From the human T2T-CHM13v2.0 reference genome, Homo sapiens, in assembly GCF_009914755.1 (NCBI RefSeq), contig NC_060943.1: 64,000 nucleotides of DNA, one strand, 5' to 3'. The translations under genes and the position numbers were made by a program. The notes beneath the pieces were generated by a model. That model searched no databases, was not told the origin of the DNA, and was given only the letters and a program-made list of their open reading frames with translations. Shown here in pieces: positions 1 to 17,520 of the stretch (position 1 is the first letter of the stretch; every line of letters begins with the position of its first letter).

Positions 1-59
1 GAGAGAATAACATATTTGTTAAGGTAAGTGATGTATGGAAGACCCATTACGTTAGACCA

Positions 60-296
60 ACATCTTCTCCACCTCCAGCTGCAGACAATCATCATTCCAC
101 TCTCTGTTGCCATGAGTTTGAAAGTTTTTAACTTTACACAGAAATGAAATCATGTGTGTGTGTGTTTCCTGTGCTGGCTTATTTTACTTAGCATAATATC
201 CTTCAGGTTTATCAATGTTGTTTCAAATAACAAGATTTCCTTTTTTTTTTTAAGGGCTGAATAGCATTCCAATGTGTAAATATACCACATTTTCTA
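60..296 (-). mobile_element. L1MA-type 3' UTR fragment
   Basis: ctggcttattttacttagcataatatccttcaggtttatc...ggctgaatagcattcc is antisense L1MA/L1MB 3'UTR. Confidence 0.75.
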
Positions 297-2212
297 GAAG
301 TGTTTTAATTTTAAACTATAAACTATGACTGTTAAATACTTTTATTTTCATGCCTTCTTTTGATTCATATTTTGGCTGATTGACAAACTATGTTTTAAAA
401 AAATTTCTTGGATCAAGATTATTGATATGGGAGGGGGGCATGGAGGTGTTAGGTAGAGAAGGGTGGGGTCCCTGGTGAGGACTCTGCCCACAGGCCTGTG
501 CCCACGGACCTAAGTGAGAACAGGCACTCTTGTTTTTGCATGCAAATGTTGCATTTTTCAAGACCACTCTGGCCCACCATGCCTCCATTGCTGTGCCCAT
601 ATAAACCAAGACCTTAGTGGGCACACACACAAACAACTGAATGAGAGGAGTAGAAGAACACAGTGGCAGACAGCAGAAGAAAGTGGCAGAGAAAAAGGAA
701 AGAGGCATCTGAATGTTGAGAGGAGTTCAGCCGAGAATGGCCAAACTCCAGGGGAAGATTATCTCCTCTCCCTCCACCTTCCCACTACAGCTCCCCATCC
801 TGCTGTAAGTCACCTCCACTGCTTAATAAAGTCTCTGCATTTATCACCTTTCAAACAGTATGTGTGACCTGATTCATCCAGAATGCCAGACAAGAATCCA
901 AGGCGGGGTGAACACTCAGCTGTTCCTGGATGGCAAGGCTAAAAGAGCACACTGTAACACACATCCATTGGGCTCCAGCATCTGCCTGTCTGAGTGCTCC
1001 TGCTTCCCTCAGGGGTTTGAGCTGTGGGGTGACTGAACAGGTGAGCCACACCCCTGTTGCACATCCTTCAAGGGGAATCAGGGAACTCTCTTGTTTCAGC
1101 CGAAGGCTTGTCTGGGATAATCATCAGCAGAGTGATTTACAAATGTGAAATTGTTGGATGTGCCTCTTTTGTAAGACCCTGTCACCCCTCTCTTTTCTCG
1201 GGTAAAAGCCTTTGTTTCCCTTCACAGAGGTCTCATTGGCACACGGGACTGGAGCAGAGACCTGGGGCAACTGAAGACATCATTTGCTGGAAGACTCCGA
1301 CACTGAACTTTGTCAGCCAGGACCCCCAGACTTCACTTGGTGTCTTTTCTTTTCTCACAGTTTACAGTGGCTCTTATCACTTCCTTTATAATGTTAAGGG
1401 TTTTGCTACAGGCTGCAGCAGTGATATTAAATAAAGTGAGCATTTGGCTCAGCTATCAAAGGTACAAATCAGAGCAATGTGGTTTTCATTTAGAGGTGCC
1501 ATCCTTACTCCCACCCTCGTAGCCAAAGGGGCACATGGCACAGGACACCTCCTCTCTGTACCGCCTCCCCTCCCAGCTCAGGTGCCTGGTGTGTCCACTG
1601 CATGCAAAAGCTGTGCCCAACAACCATGAAGGGTGGAAGAAAACCACAGCTGCTTCTGGGACCCCACAGGGCTGGCTGGCCAGTGCTTCCTGCTCACCAC
1701 ACCAACAGAACTTTTTACCCTGGCCAAGGAATACAAACAGTCTGAACCAACAGAAAGATACAATGATCAAAGGGACCTATTTGCACTGTGCAAGGGCTAC
1801 CTCCTCTTTTGCCTTTAAACTCCTTTTTCTTTTCTTTTCTTTTCTTTCTTTTCAAGTGAAAGCATTTCCCTCCCCAGCACGCTGCTTCTGACAGGGAAGT
1901 TAACAGAGGAGTGACCCCTGCTGGCAGATAACTGTAAATTTGGCAGGGCTCATTTGAGACAATCTAAACAGATAGCTTCAGCCCCTTGAAGTATTTTTAG
2001 TCCCAAATTTGATTCCAAGCTTCAGGTTGAGTCCCTAGAAAGAAAAATCAGATCTGAGGGACCCAAAGCCAGGCAGCAGGCACAATGTAAATGGGCAGGA
2101 CAAAATTCTGCTGACTAAACCCCCGCCCCATGGAAGGAGGCCATGCCCCTTGGCATAAATGAGGCCCAGGGAACTCAAAGGTTGTCAACAGCAGGGGGAG
2201 ATGGAGGCATAG

Positions 2213-2540
<328 letters not shown>

Positions 2541-2789
2541 GTAAGCCACTGCGCCTGGCCTCAGATCATTCGTTTTCTATGGGCCTTCCCTGCTTCATAG
2601 ATGAATGCTACATTGGCACTCATGGGTGGCACCTGCCAAGGTCACCAGGACTTGGTGATAAAAAGATGAAAGAGAAAGGGAAAATGCTTGCTTTCTCTCC
2701 CCATCACACCTTGAGTTTTCACTGAAAGAAGGAAGGGAAATGAGGAATGCCTGTATTCCCTGTCTTTCAAAACAAGCAAGTAGCTCTCT

Positions 2790-3966
2790 TCACCACTCCT
2801 AGCTTATACTTCTTTGGAGTGTATCCTGAACCATTGCAACTGCCTTGACCCTCAGAATCTGGAGGAAAAATGCTTCATAGCCCTCTGTACACAGGTTTGG
2901 CCAAATTATGACTTACAACAAAGACTAGCTTGGCCTTAGGAATGAACCATTCATTCTGATGCCATGTGGCTATTAGACCTTTTCTGCAAACATGAGAACA
3001 AGTGGTCTGAGGCCCGATATGTGCAGGCTTTCTATATTTTTCAGGGCAATCCCAACCTTTGCCATCAGCGGGATTGATCCAGCTTTCCTGTATGCCATCT
3101 CAGGAGAGGCTGCCAGGAGCAATCTCAGGGAACTAAAGAAACAAACTCCAGATGTTCCCCCAGCAGAGAAGCCAGTTCCCTCTAGCCCTGCTCATCCAGG
3201 CCACCCTGACCTCCCAATTCAGCTTCAGCCTCTCACTTGCCCCCTCCTAGAAATTCTCACCCTAGACAAGCCCTGGTTTCACTCTTGCTCCTTCAACAGA
3301 TGCCTGGTAAATTTGGCCCCAGTAAGGTCCAGATCCCCTTCTCTCTACAGGGTTTAAAACATATTAAGGGGAATCTTTGAAACTTATCAGATGACCCTGA
3401 AAGACATATAAAGGCTTTCCAGAATTTCATCCAAATATTTGAACTCTCCTGGAGAGATATTATGTTACTTTTGAATTAGACCCTGATGGACAGTGAGAAG
3501 CAAGCCCCTTTGCAGGCAGTAGAGAGATTTGGGGATGAGCTTTGTGTTACCTATGGCATGAGGAAAGGGGGCAAATGTTATTCAACTGGAAGAGAAGCAG
3601 TACCAGTAAATGACCCTGGATGGTATTCCAATGATGAGATGGGAGACTGGATAGGGAGACAGTTTCAGGTGTGCATAAGGAGGGCTTATGTAGGGCCAGG
3701 ACCAAACATCTCAATTATACTACGTTATCCATGATGGACCAGGGATTTGATGAAAATCTCACTGCCTTCTTGGAAAGGCTAAGAGAGGCCTTGGTAAAGC
3801 ACACCTCTCTATCTCCTGATTCAGCCAAGGGACAACTAATCCTAAAGGATAAATTTATTGCTCAGGCAGCCCCTGATATCAGGAGGAAGCTGCAGGAACA
3901 GGCCCTGGGACCAGACAGTATTTTAGAGAACCTCTTGAAAGTGGCCACCTCGGCCTTTTGCAATAA
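2790..3966 (+). pseudogene. Degenerate gammaretroviral gag (MA/CA) of the ERV1 provirus
   Basis: Translation QGFDENLTAFLERLREALVKHTSLSPDSAKGQLILKDKFIAQAAPDIRRKLQ is the capsid major homology region of ERV9/HERV-W-like gag; stops and frameshifts. Confidence 0.85.
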
Positions 3967-5763
3967 GTCACTGGAATAGATTCTTGAATTCATTATACCC
4001 AAGTAAAGACCTGGGAATCTGATGGAGCCACCTCTGTCAACCCAGAAGAGTACCCAAAGTACCAATGTGAAGAGATCAGAGACCTCCAGCTAAAAATCAC
4101 AAAAGGTAAGTGTTAATAATTAACCTTCCATGGATTTCCTCTTTATAGTCTTGTCTATGCTTGCTGTTCTTACCTTTGTTCTGATCTATAACCACAGGGC
4201 ACAATAGTGTTTTTAGAATAATTAGTATATTTCACTTTTTATTTCTGAAATCTTTGGCACTAAATTCTTTACTAGTATAATACATGTTTTACCCCTGCGT
4301 ATCTAACCTTATGGAAGTTTTTTTTCTTTCTCACACCTAGAGGCCATCAAATTCCAAAAAGGCAAGCAACTGAGGTCTCGGACAATGACTCCCCTTTGCC
4401 AGGAACCCTTAGGTAGACATCTGGGACAAATCTGACTGCTGTTTTTCTCAAAACAATGCCCCCTATTGGCAGGAAGTAGCTAATACCAGTGGTCATGTAT
4501 ATTCTAACGGCGATTAGATGTGCCTCTTCAGAGGGGAAAATGATACGGGAGGGGACAAGGAAGTGCTTGGTAGAGAATAATAGGGTCCCTTGTTAGGGCT
4601 TCATCTTCAGGCCTGTGCTCGCAGATCTAAGTGAGAACAGGCCCTCCTGTTTTTGTACCCAAATGTTGCATTTTCCAAGACCCATCTGGCATGCCATGCC
4701 CCCAATTATGTGCCCATATAAACCTGAGACCTTAGTGGGCACACACACAAGTGGCTGAATGCCAAGTGGAACAGAGGAACAGAGTGGTGGAGAGTGGCAG
4801 AGTACAGCAGGGCGGCACAGCAGAGGAGGGAAAGGGTGTCTGAACGTCCAGAGGAGTTCAGCAAAGAATGGCCAAACTTCAGGGGAAGATTATCTTCCCC
4901 ACCTCCACCTTCCCACTCCAGCTCCACATTCTGATGGAAGCCACCTCCACTGCTCAGTAAAGTCTCTGCATTCACCACCTTTCAAACAGTTCATGTGACC
5001 TGATTTATCCAGGACGCTGGACAAGAATCTGGTGGGGTTAACACTCAGCGGTTACTGAGCAGCAAGGCTAAAAAAGCACAGTAACACACACCCACTTAGG
5101 ACCTAGCATCTGTCCATCGACATCCTCCCCCTTCTCTCAGGGGTTTGAGCTGTGGGGCAACCAAACAGGCAAGCCACGCACCTTCGCACATCCTGTGAGG
5201 GGAATCAGAGAACCATTACTTCATCATCAGCATAATTCAAGACAAAATGGTAATGAAAATCAACCTTGATTAGTGAAACAACAATTATCTGACCCCTGGT
5301 AATCATTTTCACTCCCACCCAACATGAAAGCTGCATCTCTGTGTCACCTCTCCCAGTTGTAAAAAAGAGGATTCTGATAAAATTAATCAGCATAAAGTTT
5401 TCTGACTTTTTTGGTCTGAAAATTTAACTGATCTCTTACCAAAAAAGTTGATATTTTACATTTATCATTTTACTCTATTCTATTAAATTTTTTAGAAAAC
5501 CGAATCTGACAAAGCATACATTTAAAAATTAAAAATACTTATGAAACATTCTTATAGAAACTAAAACTAAAAATAATTTTAGATTCTTAGAGAGCATCTC
5601 TCAAATACTTCAAATTATATGCCTTTAACCATAGATATTTATTTTTTATTTTGCTGTGATACAGTTTGGCTGTCCTTTGTGTCAAACTCCATCATCATTT
5701 TTATTCTATTTTGTTGTGTAGTATTTATGTTATGCATTTTATATATTTAAAAGTTGTAGTCCA

Positions 5764-6660
<897 letters not shown>

Positions 6661-6790
6661 ATTTATTGTAAACATTTATTTTTAAAAATTATTTTTAAAA
6701 TGACATTTTGAATTTCAAAGGATGAGAAATTCTTGACAAAACTGATGAAATCTTAAAATGCTTCTGCAAATCAGGCCTCAGAAGTCATGC

Positions 6791-8170
6791 TGTGTCCGGA
6801 ATGGGTGGGTGTCTTGGTCTCACTGACTTCAAGAATGAAGCCGCGGACCCTCGCGGTGAGTGTTACAGCTCTTAAGATGGCGCGTCTAGAGTTTGTTCCT
6901 TCTGATGTTCAGATGTGTTCGGAGTTTCTTCCTTCTCGTGGTCTCGCTGGCTCAGGAGTGAAGCTGCAGACCTTCCCCGTGAGTGTCACAGCTCTTAAGG
7001 CGGCGTGTCTGGAGTTGTTGTTCCTCCTGGTGGGCTCGTGGTCTCGCTGGCTTCAGGAGTGAAGCTGCAGACCTTCGCAGTGAGTGTTACAGCCCATAAA
7101 AGCAGTGTGGACCCAAAGAGTAAGCAGTAGCAAGATTTATTGCAAAGAGTGAAAGAACAAAGCTTCCACAGTGTGGAGGGGGACCCGAGTGGGTTGCCAC
7201 TGCTGGCTGAGGCAGCCTGCTTTTATTCTCTTCTCTGGCACCACCCACATCCTGCTGATTGGTAGAGCCCAGTGGTCTGTTTTGACAGGGCGCTGATTGG
7301 TGCGTTTACAATCCCTGAGCTAGACACAAAGGTTCTCCACGTCCCCACCAGATTAGCTAGATACAGAGTGTTGACACAAAGGTTCTCCAAGGCCCCACCA
7401 GAGTAGCTAGACACAGAGTGTCGACTGGTGCATTCACAAACCCTGAGCCAGACACATGGTGCTGATTGGTGTGTTTACAATCCCTGAGCTAGACATAAAG
7501 GTTCTCCACGTCCCACCAGACTCAGGAGCTCAGCTGGCTTCACCCAGTGGATCCCGCACCGGGGCTGCAGATGGAGCTGCCTGCCAGTCCCGCGCTGTGC
7601 GCCCGCACTCCTCAGCCCTTGGGTGGTCGATGGGACTGGGCGCCGTGGAGCAGGGGGTGGCGCTCGTCCAGGAGGCTTGGGCCGCACAGGAGCCCACAGA
7701 GTGGGTGGGAGGCTCAGGCATGGCGGGCTGCAGGTCCCGAGCCCTGCCCCACAGGAAGGCAGCTAAGGCTCGGTGAGAAATCGAGCACAGTGCCGATGGG
7801 CTGGCACTGCTGGGAGACCCAGTACACCCTCCTCAGCCGTTGGCCCGGGTGCTAAGCCCCTCATTGCCTGGGGCCGGCATGGCCGGTCAGTTGTTCCGAG
7901 TGCAGGGCCTGCCAAGCCCACGCCGACCCGGAACTCCAGCTGGCCCGCAAGTGCCACGCGCAGCCCCGGTTCCCGCTCGCGCCTCTCCCTCCACACCTCC
8001 CTGCAAGCTGAGGGAGCGGGCTACGGCCTTGGCCAGCCCAGAAAGGGGCTCCCACAGTGCAGTGGTGGGCTGAAGGGCTCCTCAAGTGCCGCCAAAGTGG
8101 GAGCCCAGGCAGAGGAGGCGCTGAGAGCAAGCGAGGGCTGTGAGGACTGCCAGCACGCTGTCACCTCTCA
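6791..8170 (-). mobile_element. Solo LTR12 (LTR12C-like, ERV9)
   Basis: Minus strand begins TGAGAGGTGACAGCGTGCTGG and ends ...CCGGACACA; tandem CCAAT/GATA U3 repeats at 7250-7500; near-TSD atgc/atac; CpG-rich. Confidence 0.95.
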
Positions 8171-8580
8171 ATACTTGATAGAAGTGACATACACTGTGTA
8201 TAAAAATCTCAAACACTGATTCCTCCTTGGTTTGTTTTACAAATTAGCACTCTTCCAATTAACAAACTTGGTTAGCTAAAAACACTAAAAACTGAGTGTC
8301 TTGTTCCCTTTTGTGAATAAAATTCCAGCCAGAACATTTCTGTTTTTTACTAGGAAACATTAGTCCCCACTCTAAATTAAAGTACTATACGTGGCCTATG
8401 CCCGGGATCAATTATCCTTGGAAAACAAGGACCTCCCGTACATACTTGCTACTAGTACTGCCAAGCAAAGGCCTGCTATGCTACTGCAGAGGCTCCTGTC
8501 CCAGCCCAGATCCAACAGGACTGGCAGGAAGGTGTAGCCAGGGGGGTCACCATGAGAATGACATGATGATACCTACCTGA

Positions 8581-8994
<414 letters not shown>

Positions 8995-9429
8995 TAACTT
9001 AAATATCAGGTTTGAGGTCTAGCTCACATCATTTCTTCACTCCTTTTTGTTCTGTTCTCAGTCATTCCATGACAGTTCATGTAGTAGTAACAGGATTTCT
9101 GTCTCCTATGGGTTGACTGGCCTGGGAAATCTTTTATCTCAAGTGGTCAGAATGTGAAAATCTAGACTAAGCATATGTACAAATGAATTCTTAGAACACA
9201 GTAATCAAATCAGAAACAAAAGCCAAGGCCACCCCCCACCCACCAGCCAGCAGGAAGCCTGCAAGACCTCAAATCAGAGCACAGCATTGGTGAGAGCCGA
9301 GTGAGAAAACTCAAAAACTCTGGCTGCAAACAGAGCTGGCATGCCTGTGGCTTATTATTGCTCACTAATCAATGTTGATTGCTCATGAGTCCAGAAAATT
9401 TGATGATATCTGTTCAACTGAACATTGAC

Positions 9430-9660
9430 ATGACAGGTACTATGCCAGATACTTTGCTGACATGATGTCACTTGAAGTTAGTTATCTTATATACAGGGTA
9501 GGTACAATTATTATACTCATTCTTCAGACAGTAAAACTGAGGACTAGAGAAGTCAGTAGCTCATTCAAGGTCACACAGCTAGCAAGTGCTAAAACCAGGG
9601 TTTAAACCTCAGCAATTGGTCTCCACAGCCTACCCTCAACTTCTACTCTAAACTGCCTCT
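9430..9660 (+). mobile_element. MIR
   Basis: MIR core: acagtaaaactgaggactagagaagt...caaggtcacacagctagcaagt. Confidence 0.7.
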
Positions 9661-11021
9661 CACCAACCATAATTTGTGACTCAACGGCACCCAGTCTCTT
9701 ATATCACACATGCGACATGTTTGTCACAGCACACTTGCTTCACATTTCCACACACCTTCCTTATTTCAACAGTAACTGTGTTGCAGGGTAACATAAAGCA
9801 TGGGGCCTCATTTGTGTAACACTAGTTCACAGCAAAGGCAAAAAGTCCACCTTCTGGACTTGGAGACGCATGCTGCTACTTCTGGGTTTCTCTTTAGTTG
9901 ACAAAGTAATAAGAGCTGTTACAATAAACTTCTTTGTTATTTCATTTAAAATGTTGCCTTTTTTTGCCAGGCAAAAAAAAAATTTAGTATAATCATGCAT
10001 GCATGCCTCTTTATGTATGGCAAGCTACTTACTTCTTTTTTCTAGAGATCATAGGGTCCAGAAAACCTTTCGATGGGTTAAATAGGGTCATTTAAAAGAG
10101 AAACTTAAGTCTACATTGGATGGTTCTGGAGGAGTTTCCCCTTCCCTGGAGCTGCTCACCAGTTAATTTAGGAATAAAATAGTCTCCCAACCTAGCAAAT
10201 CCCACCACCCTACCCAGGGGTTTTCACAAAATTATCTTGTTTTAATCATGTTTTAGCATGGAAAAATGACACATATCTCAAAGTATACATTTTGAGGTTT
10301 TTGATATGTATATGGCTAATTTAGGAAGGAATATTTTACCACACTCCTGGTTTAGGAGATAACTCCAGTCACAGATGTCACACTCTGGTGACAAGTGTGT
10401 GCCAGCTCACCACTGCCACCATCTGCCTAGGGCCTTTCCTCTTCATTCTTCAAGCCAAAAGCACAGCTGATTTGTTGGGTAATGTTTCTTGATAGCTCTC
10501 TAGCCAAAAATATATGTGGTTCAGAAGTGTTGTTACTATAGCTCTACTCAGCTGGGTCTCGTTTCTGGAAACCATATTTAGTTGTCAAACAGTATAATGT
10601 GACAGAAAGATTTTGATGACTTAAACCAATAAATTTCAAAGTTTTCAATAGTAAGGTTTCATTTAAGTGATAAGGGCAATGCTTAAGTTATGATGGCGAG
10701 AAAAACATTGCTCAATTGACTGTATTTTGTTCTTCTATAATCTTAAAATGTTCCACAACAGGCAACTGCATTAAAAATATTGTAGCATGGAACAGATCCT
10801 CTACTTTACAATGAACAAAGCACTTCTGTTACACAATTAACATGCAAGGAAAAACTAAGGTAGCCACCTGCACATGTCCAAACACTGTGACCATATCACA
10901 ACCCAACCATCCAGTTTGGCCAACAGGAAAATCTACTCCTGCTATTGCAGAATGACATCTGTCTTCTGGTGTCAAGCTTGGAACCCACTTATTTGACCCA
11001 TACTGCTATTATTTAAGTTTT

Positions 11022-11953
11022 TCTGCTCCGAGCTCCATCTTGAGCTCCAAGCTCCATCATTCCTGAGCTCCATCTTGCTCTCAGCTTTCTCTTGCTCCAG
11101 CCTCCATCTCCTTCAAACTCCATCTGGTTTGGAGCTCCATTTGGCTCATAGCTCTATATGCTCTGAGCTGCATCTTGATCTGAGCTCCACCTTGCTCGGA
11201 TCTCCATTTGCTCTGAGCTCCATCTGCTCTCAACTCCATTTTGATTGGAGCTCCATCATGCTCAGAGTTCCACCCTACTCTGAGCTCCATCTGCTCCAAG
11301 CTCCATCTTGTTTTGAGCTCCACCTTCTTTGGAGCTTTATCTTGCTCTGAACTCCATCTGGCTTGGAGTTCCATCTGCTTTGAGCACCATCTTGCTCCAA
11401 AATCCTTTTACTCCTTGCTCCATCTTGCTTGAAGCTTGACTTTGCTCAGAGCTCCATCTGCTCCAATCTCCATCTGTTTGAGTTCCATCTGCTCGGAGCT
11501 CCATCTTGCTAAGAATTCAGAGCTCCTGCTCTGAGCTGCATCTTGCTCGGAACTCCATCTACTCATCTTGCACAGAGCTCCATCTGCTCAGAGCTCTGAC
11601 TTGCTGGGAGTTCCATCTTGCTCGGAGCTGCATCTGCTCAGAGATCCAACTTGGTTGAAGCTCCATCTGTTCAGAACTCCATCTTCCTGAGAGTTCCACC
11701 TGCTCTGAGCTCCATCTTGCCAGCAGCTCCATCTTGCTCAAAGCTCCATCTTGCCAGAGTGCCATCTGCCCAGAGCTTCATCTTGCTCTGATCCAGCTAC
11801 TCTGAGCTCCATCTGCTCTGAGCTCCCTCTTGCTCTGAACTCCATCTTGTTCAGAGTTCCATCTTGCTCAGAATTCCATTTGCTCTAAACTGCATCTGCT
11901 CAGAGCTCCATCTGCTCTGAGCTCCCTCTTGCTCTGCTCTGAGTACCATCTTG
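11022..11953. repeat. Degenerate minisatellite, 16-17 bp unit GCTCNGAGCTCCATCT(T), roughly 55 copies
   Basis: Direct reading of repeated gctcagagctccatctt / gctctgagctccatct / gctcggagctccatctt units. Confidence 0.9.
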
Positions 11954-12521
11954 CAGGAGCAGACAAGGAGTTCAAGTCTGTTTGTAGGGTAGTACCATGC
12001 TGCCAGGTTACCGCTGGGTAGTTTCCCCTGCCCTGCAGCATGAAAACCAAAAGGACGTTTCCAAGGTCCATAAGATGGAATGGGTCAGAAAGAAAAACAA
12101 AGTTCTGATGAGCAGGACCTCCTCCCACTAAGGCTGACAAATACAAGATGAACACACAGTGAGGGAGGCACCCATGCCCCCTGGGCTTGGGAGGCCAACA
12201 AGAGCTGCCCACACACCCATCACAAGTCATCACCCAGCTTAGGGGTGACTTGTTTTTAATCTGAAAGGTCAATGTTCTACAGCAGAGCACAAAGCGCAGA
12301 TGTTTCCACTGAACTAAGAGACAGTGTGGGGGCAGAACTTAGCACTATGACTGGCACATTGCACTCAAAAATGTTGGCAGACATGGGGGTCCTTCCCCTC
12401 TGCTCGCCTCTGTCCTCATGAGCCTTGCCACCTGGCATGGCATGTGTCTGCCTGGTGCAAGCATAGCCCATCTGGCTGGGAACTTCCTGAGGCAGGAGCA
12501 CACTTTGCACATCTCTGTATT

Positions 12522-12760
12522 CCTAAGAACCCAAAAGCAAATGCAACAAGAACAAAAATAAGTAAATGGGACCTAATTAAACTAAAAAGCTTCCACACAG
12601 CAAAAGAGATAATCATCAGAGTAAAGACAACTCACAGAATAGGAGAAAATATTTGCAAACTTTCATCCATTAAAGTACTAATATCCAAAATCTACAAGGA
12701 ACTCAAATCAGCAAGAGAAAAAAGGAATGTCATCAAAAAGTGGGCAAATCACATGAATAG
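12522..12760 (+). mobile_element. L1PB-like ORF2 fragment
   Basis: Translates [33 protein letters not shown]. Confidence 0.85.
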
Positions 12761-14035
12761 GATCTGAGCCCCCTCCCAGCCCTCAGAGGTGTCATCTTTG
12801 GGAGCTCCAGGGAGATGTCTTGGGGAAACCCTGGCCTTTGGGACAGGTGAAGTGCAAGGCCTTCTTGGGCATTGCTAGGTGGGCCTGGCTGGCCAGAGGG
12901 GTGCAGAGGACCCAGGACTAGCAGGAACCCTGGCTCGTCACTGTCCTTCATTCTACCCATCCTCACCCCACCCTCACCCAGGACCCTCACTCAGGGCCTT
13001 TTCCTCCTCATTCACCTCTGGCCTTGCAGAGACAGATTCCTCCTTCCATCTGCTATATCATCCAAGCCTCACGGAACCATGCAGGGAGGCAGGAGAGGGA
13101 GGACCGTGCCCATTTCACAGCATGAACATTGAAGCTCAGGAGATCAAGTGGCTTGCCCAAGGTCACAGTAGCCAGGAGGTGGAAGAGCTGTTGCTTGAAG
13201 CCAGGGCTCTAGACTCCAAGTCCAGTGCTCCTCAGTTCCACCCTCGAGCTTCCCTTCCTTTCCTCTCCCCACTGCTACCCAGGCCCCTCTCTACAACCAC
13301 CTCCACTCCTTCTGTCTTTCCTCTTTTCTCTTTCTGTCTTTTGGTTCCACCAAACCCCTGTGGAGGTGAGGCAAGGAATGCCCCATGAGGAGAAAGGGAG
13401 GGGTGAGACTAGAGCAGGGAGCTGGAAAGTGGAGGTCAGGCTGCTGTGCTGCAATCCCAGCAGGTGGCCTCTACACCATGGTTTATATGAATGGAGTTGT
13501 GCAATGCAGGGCCTAGGCAGCTGGATGCTGCAACCCTAGAGACAGGGAATGGTGCTGAGCTTTGGAGTCAGGATGAAGCAAACTCCAGGGCAGTGGGAAA
13601 CTTAGAATTGAACAGGATGGGTGGGCGAGGTCCTGGCCTTGTGCTTGTTCCAGTCAACTTCTCAGGAGAATCCAAGGCTTGGACAAAGATGGCACTGGGA
13701 GAGAGCAGGCAGGCTCAGTGTGGCCAAGGAGTGGGGGAGGATCTGAACTCGGCAGGGGTCTTGTATGCAGCAGGGGCTTGGTCCCTCACAACATGGAGCC
13801 CAGGGAATGCTTGGCAGCACCTGGGAGGTGCCAATCCCCAGTGGCAGTAGAGAGGGCTGGTTCCACACTCACACTGTCTTCTGTTCTATCTGTGTCAGCA
13901 TCCCTCTCTCTCCTTTCCCATGCCTGTGACATCCTCTCCACCCCTGGATTCCTGTCCCTGCTTGGCTGCCAGCCCCCTTCTCCTCCCCACCCACGACTGC
14001 TCCTCCTACTGTCCCCACCTTCTCCCCAGGTGCAG

Positions 14036-14174
14036 GATATGCCTCTTCACACCTGACCTCGCTTTTGAAGCCACAGTGAAAAAGCAGATGCAGAAGCTCT
14101 AAGAGCCCAGTATCAAGTGTGTGGATATTGTAGTCAGTGAGTTCACAGCCACCATCAGAAAGTGCAGTGAAAAG
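14036..14174 (+). pseudogene. DNM1P: DNM1 unprocessed pseudogene fragment: alternative exon 10a (139 nt) with premature stop, within DNM1-like intron sequence (~12.8-17.4 kb)
   Basis: AG...GT-bounded 139 nt exon translating [45 protein letters not shown] versus dynamin-1 [46 protein letters not shown]; TAA at 14100-14102. Confidence 0.93.
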
Positions 14175-14730
14175 GTAGGACAGATGCCTGGGTGGGGCTG
14201 GACTTGACCATCCATCCTCGTGGCCATAGCTTCCTGTAGCCAGAACGATCTGCTGACCAGGCCTCTCAGCCACCCACAGGGACCCAGCCCTAGTGTGTCC
14301 TGCCAGCTTCTAACCCTGGGTCTATTTGCACTTTTGACCCTCCAGACCCCCATCCCTGCCCAAGGACTTTACTCCAACCCAAGTTTCCTTGGTGGCATCT
14401 TTGCATCAATAAGAATGCCAGTGATTAAAATGATGTTAAGGAGATGGCAGCTGTTTATTGAGCACCTACTATGTGCTGAGTACTGGGCTAAGCACTTGCC
14501 CTTACTATCTGACTCAGTCCTCTCAACCACCCTAAGACATGGGTAGTGTTGTTTTTCCCATCCTACAGACAGCAAAACAGAGTCTCAGAAAGGAAAAGCA
14601 GAGAGTGATTCATATTTAGGAAGGTCAGAGGAAGGGTTCTGAGGTCTGGACCTCCTGGGCACAGGGAGCTGTCTTGGTTCCTCAAAACCAATTTGCCTAA
14701 AGGCATATTAAATTACTTGCTTTACAATAA

Positions 14731-17520
<2,790 letters not shown>

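Noticed and set aside
11022-11953. CRISPR-like array or repetitive protein ORFs
   Set aside because: Head-to-tail units with no unique spacers, no cas genes, eukaryotic context; ORFs are repeat translations with stops
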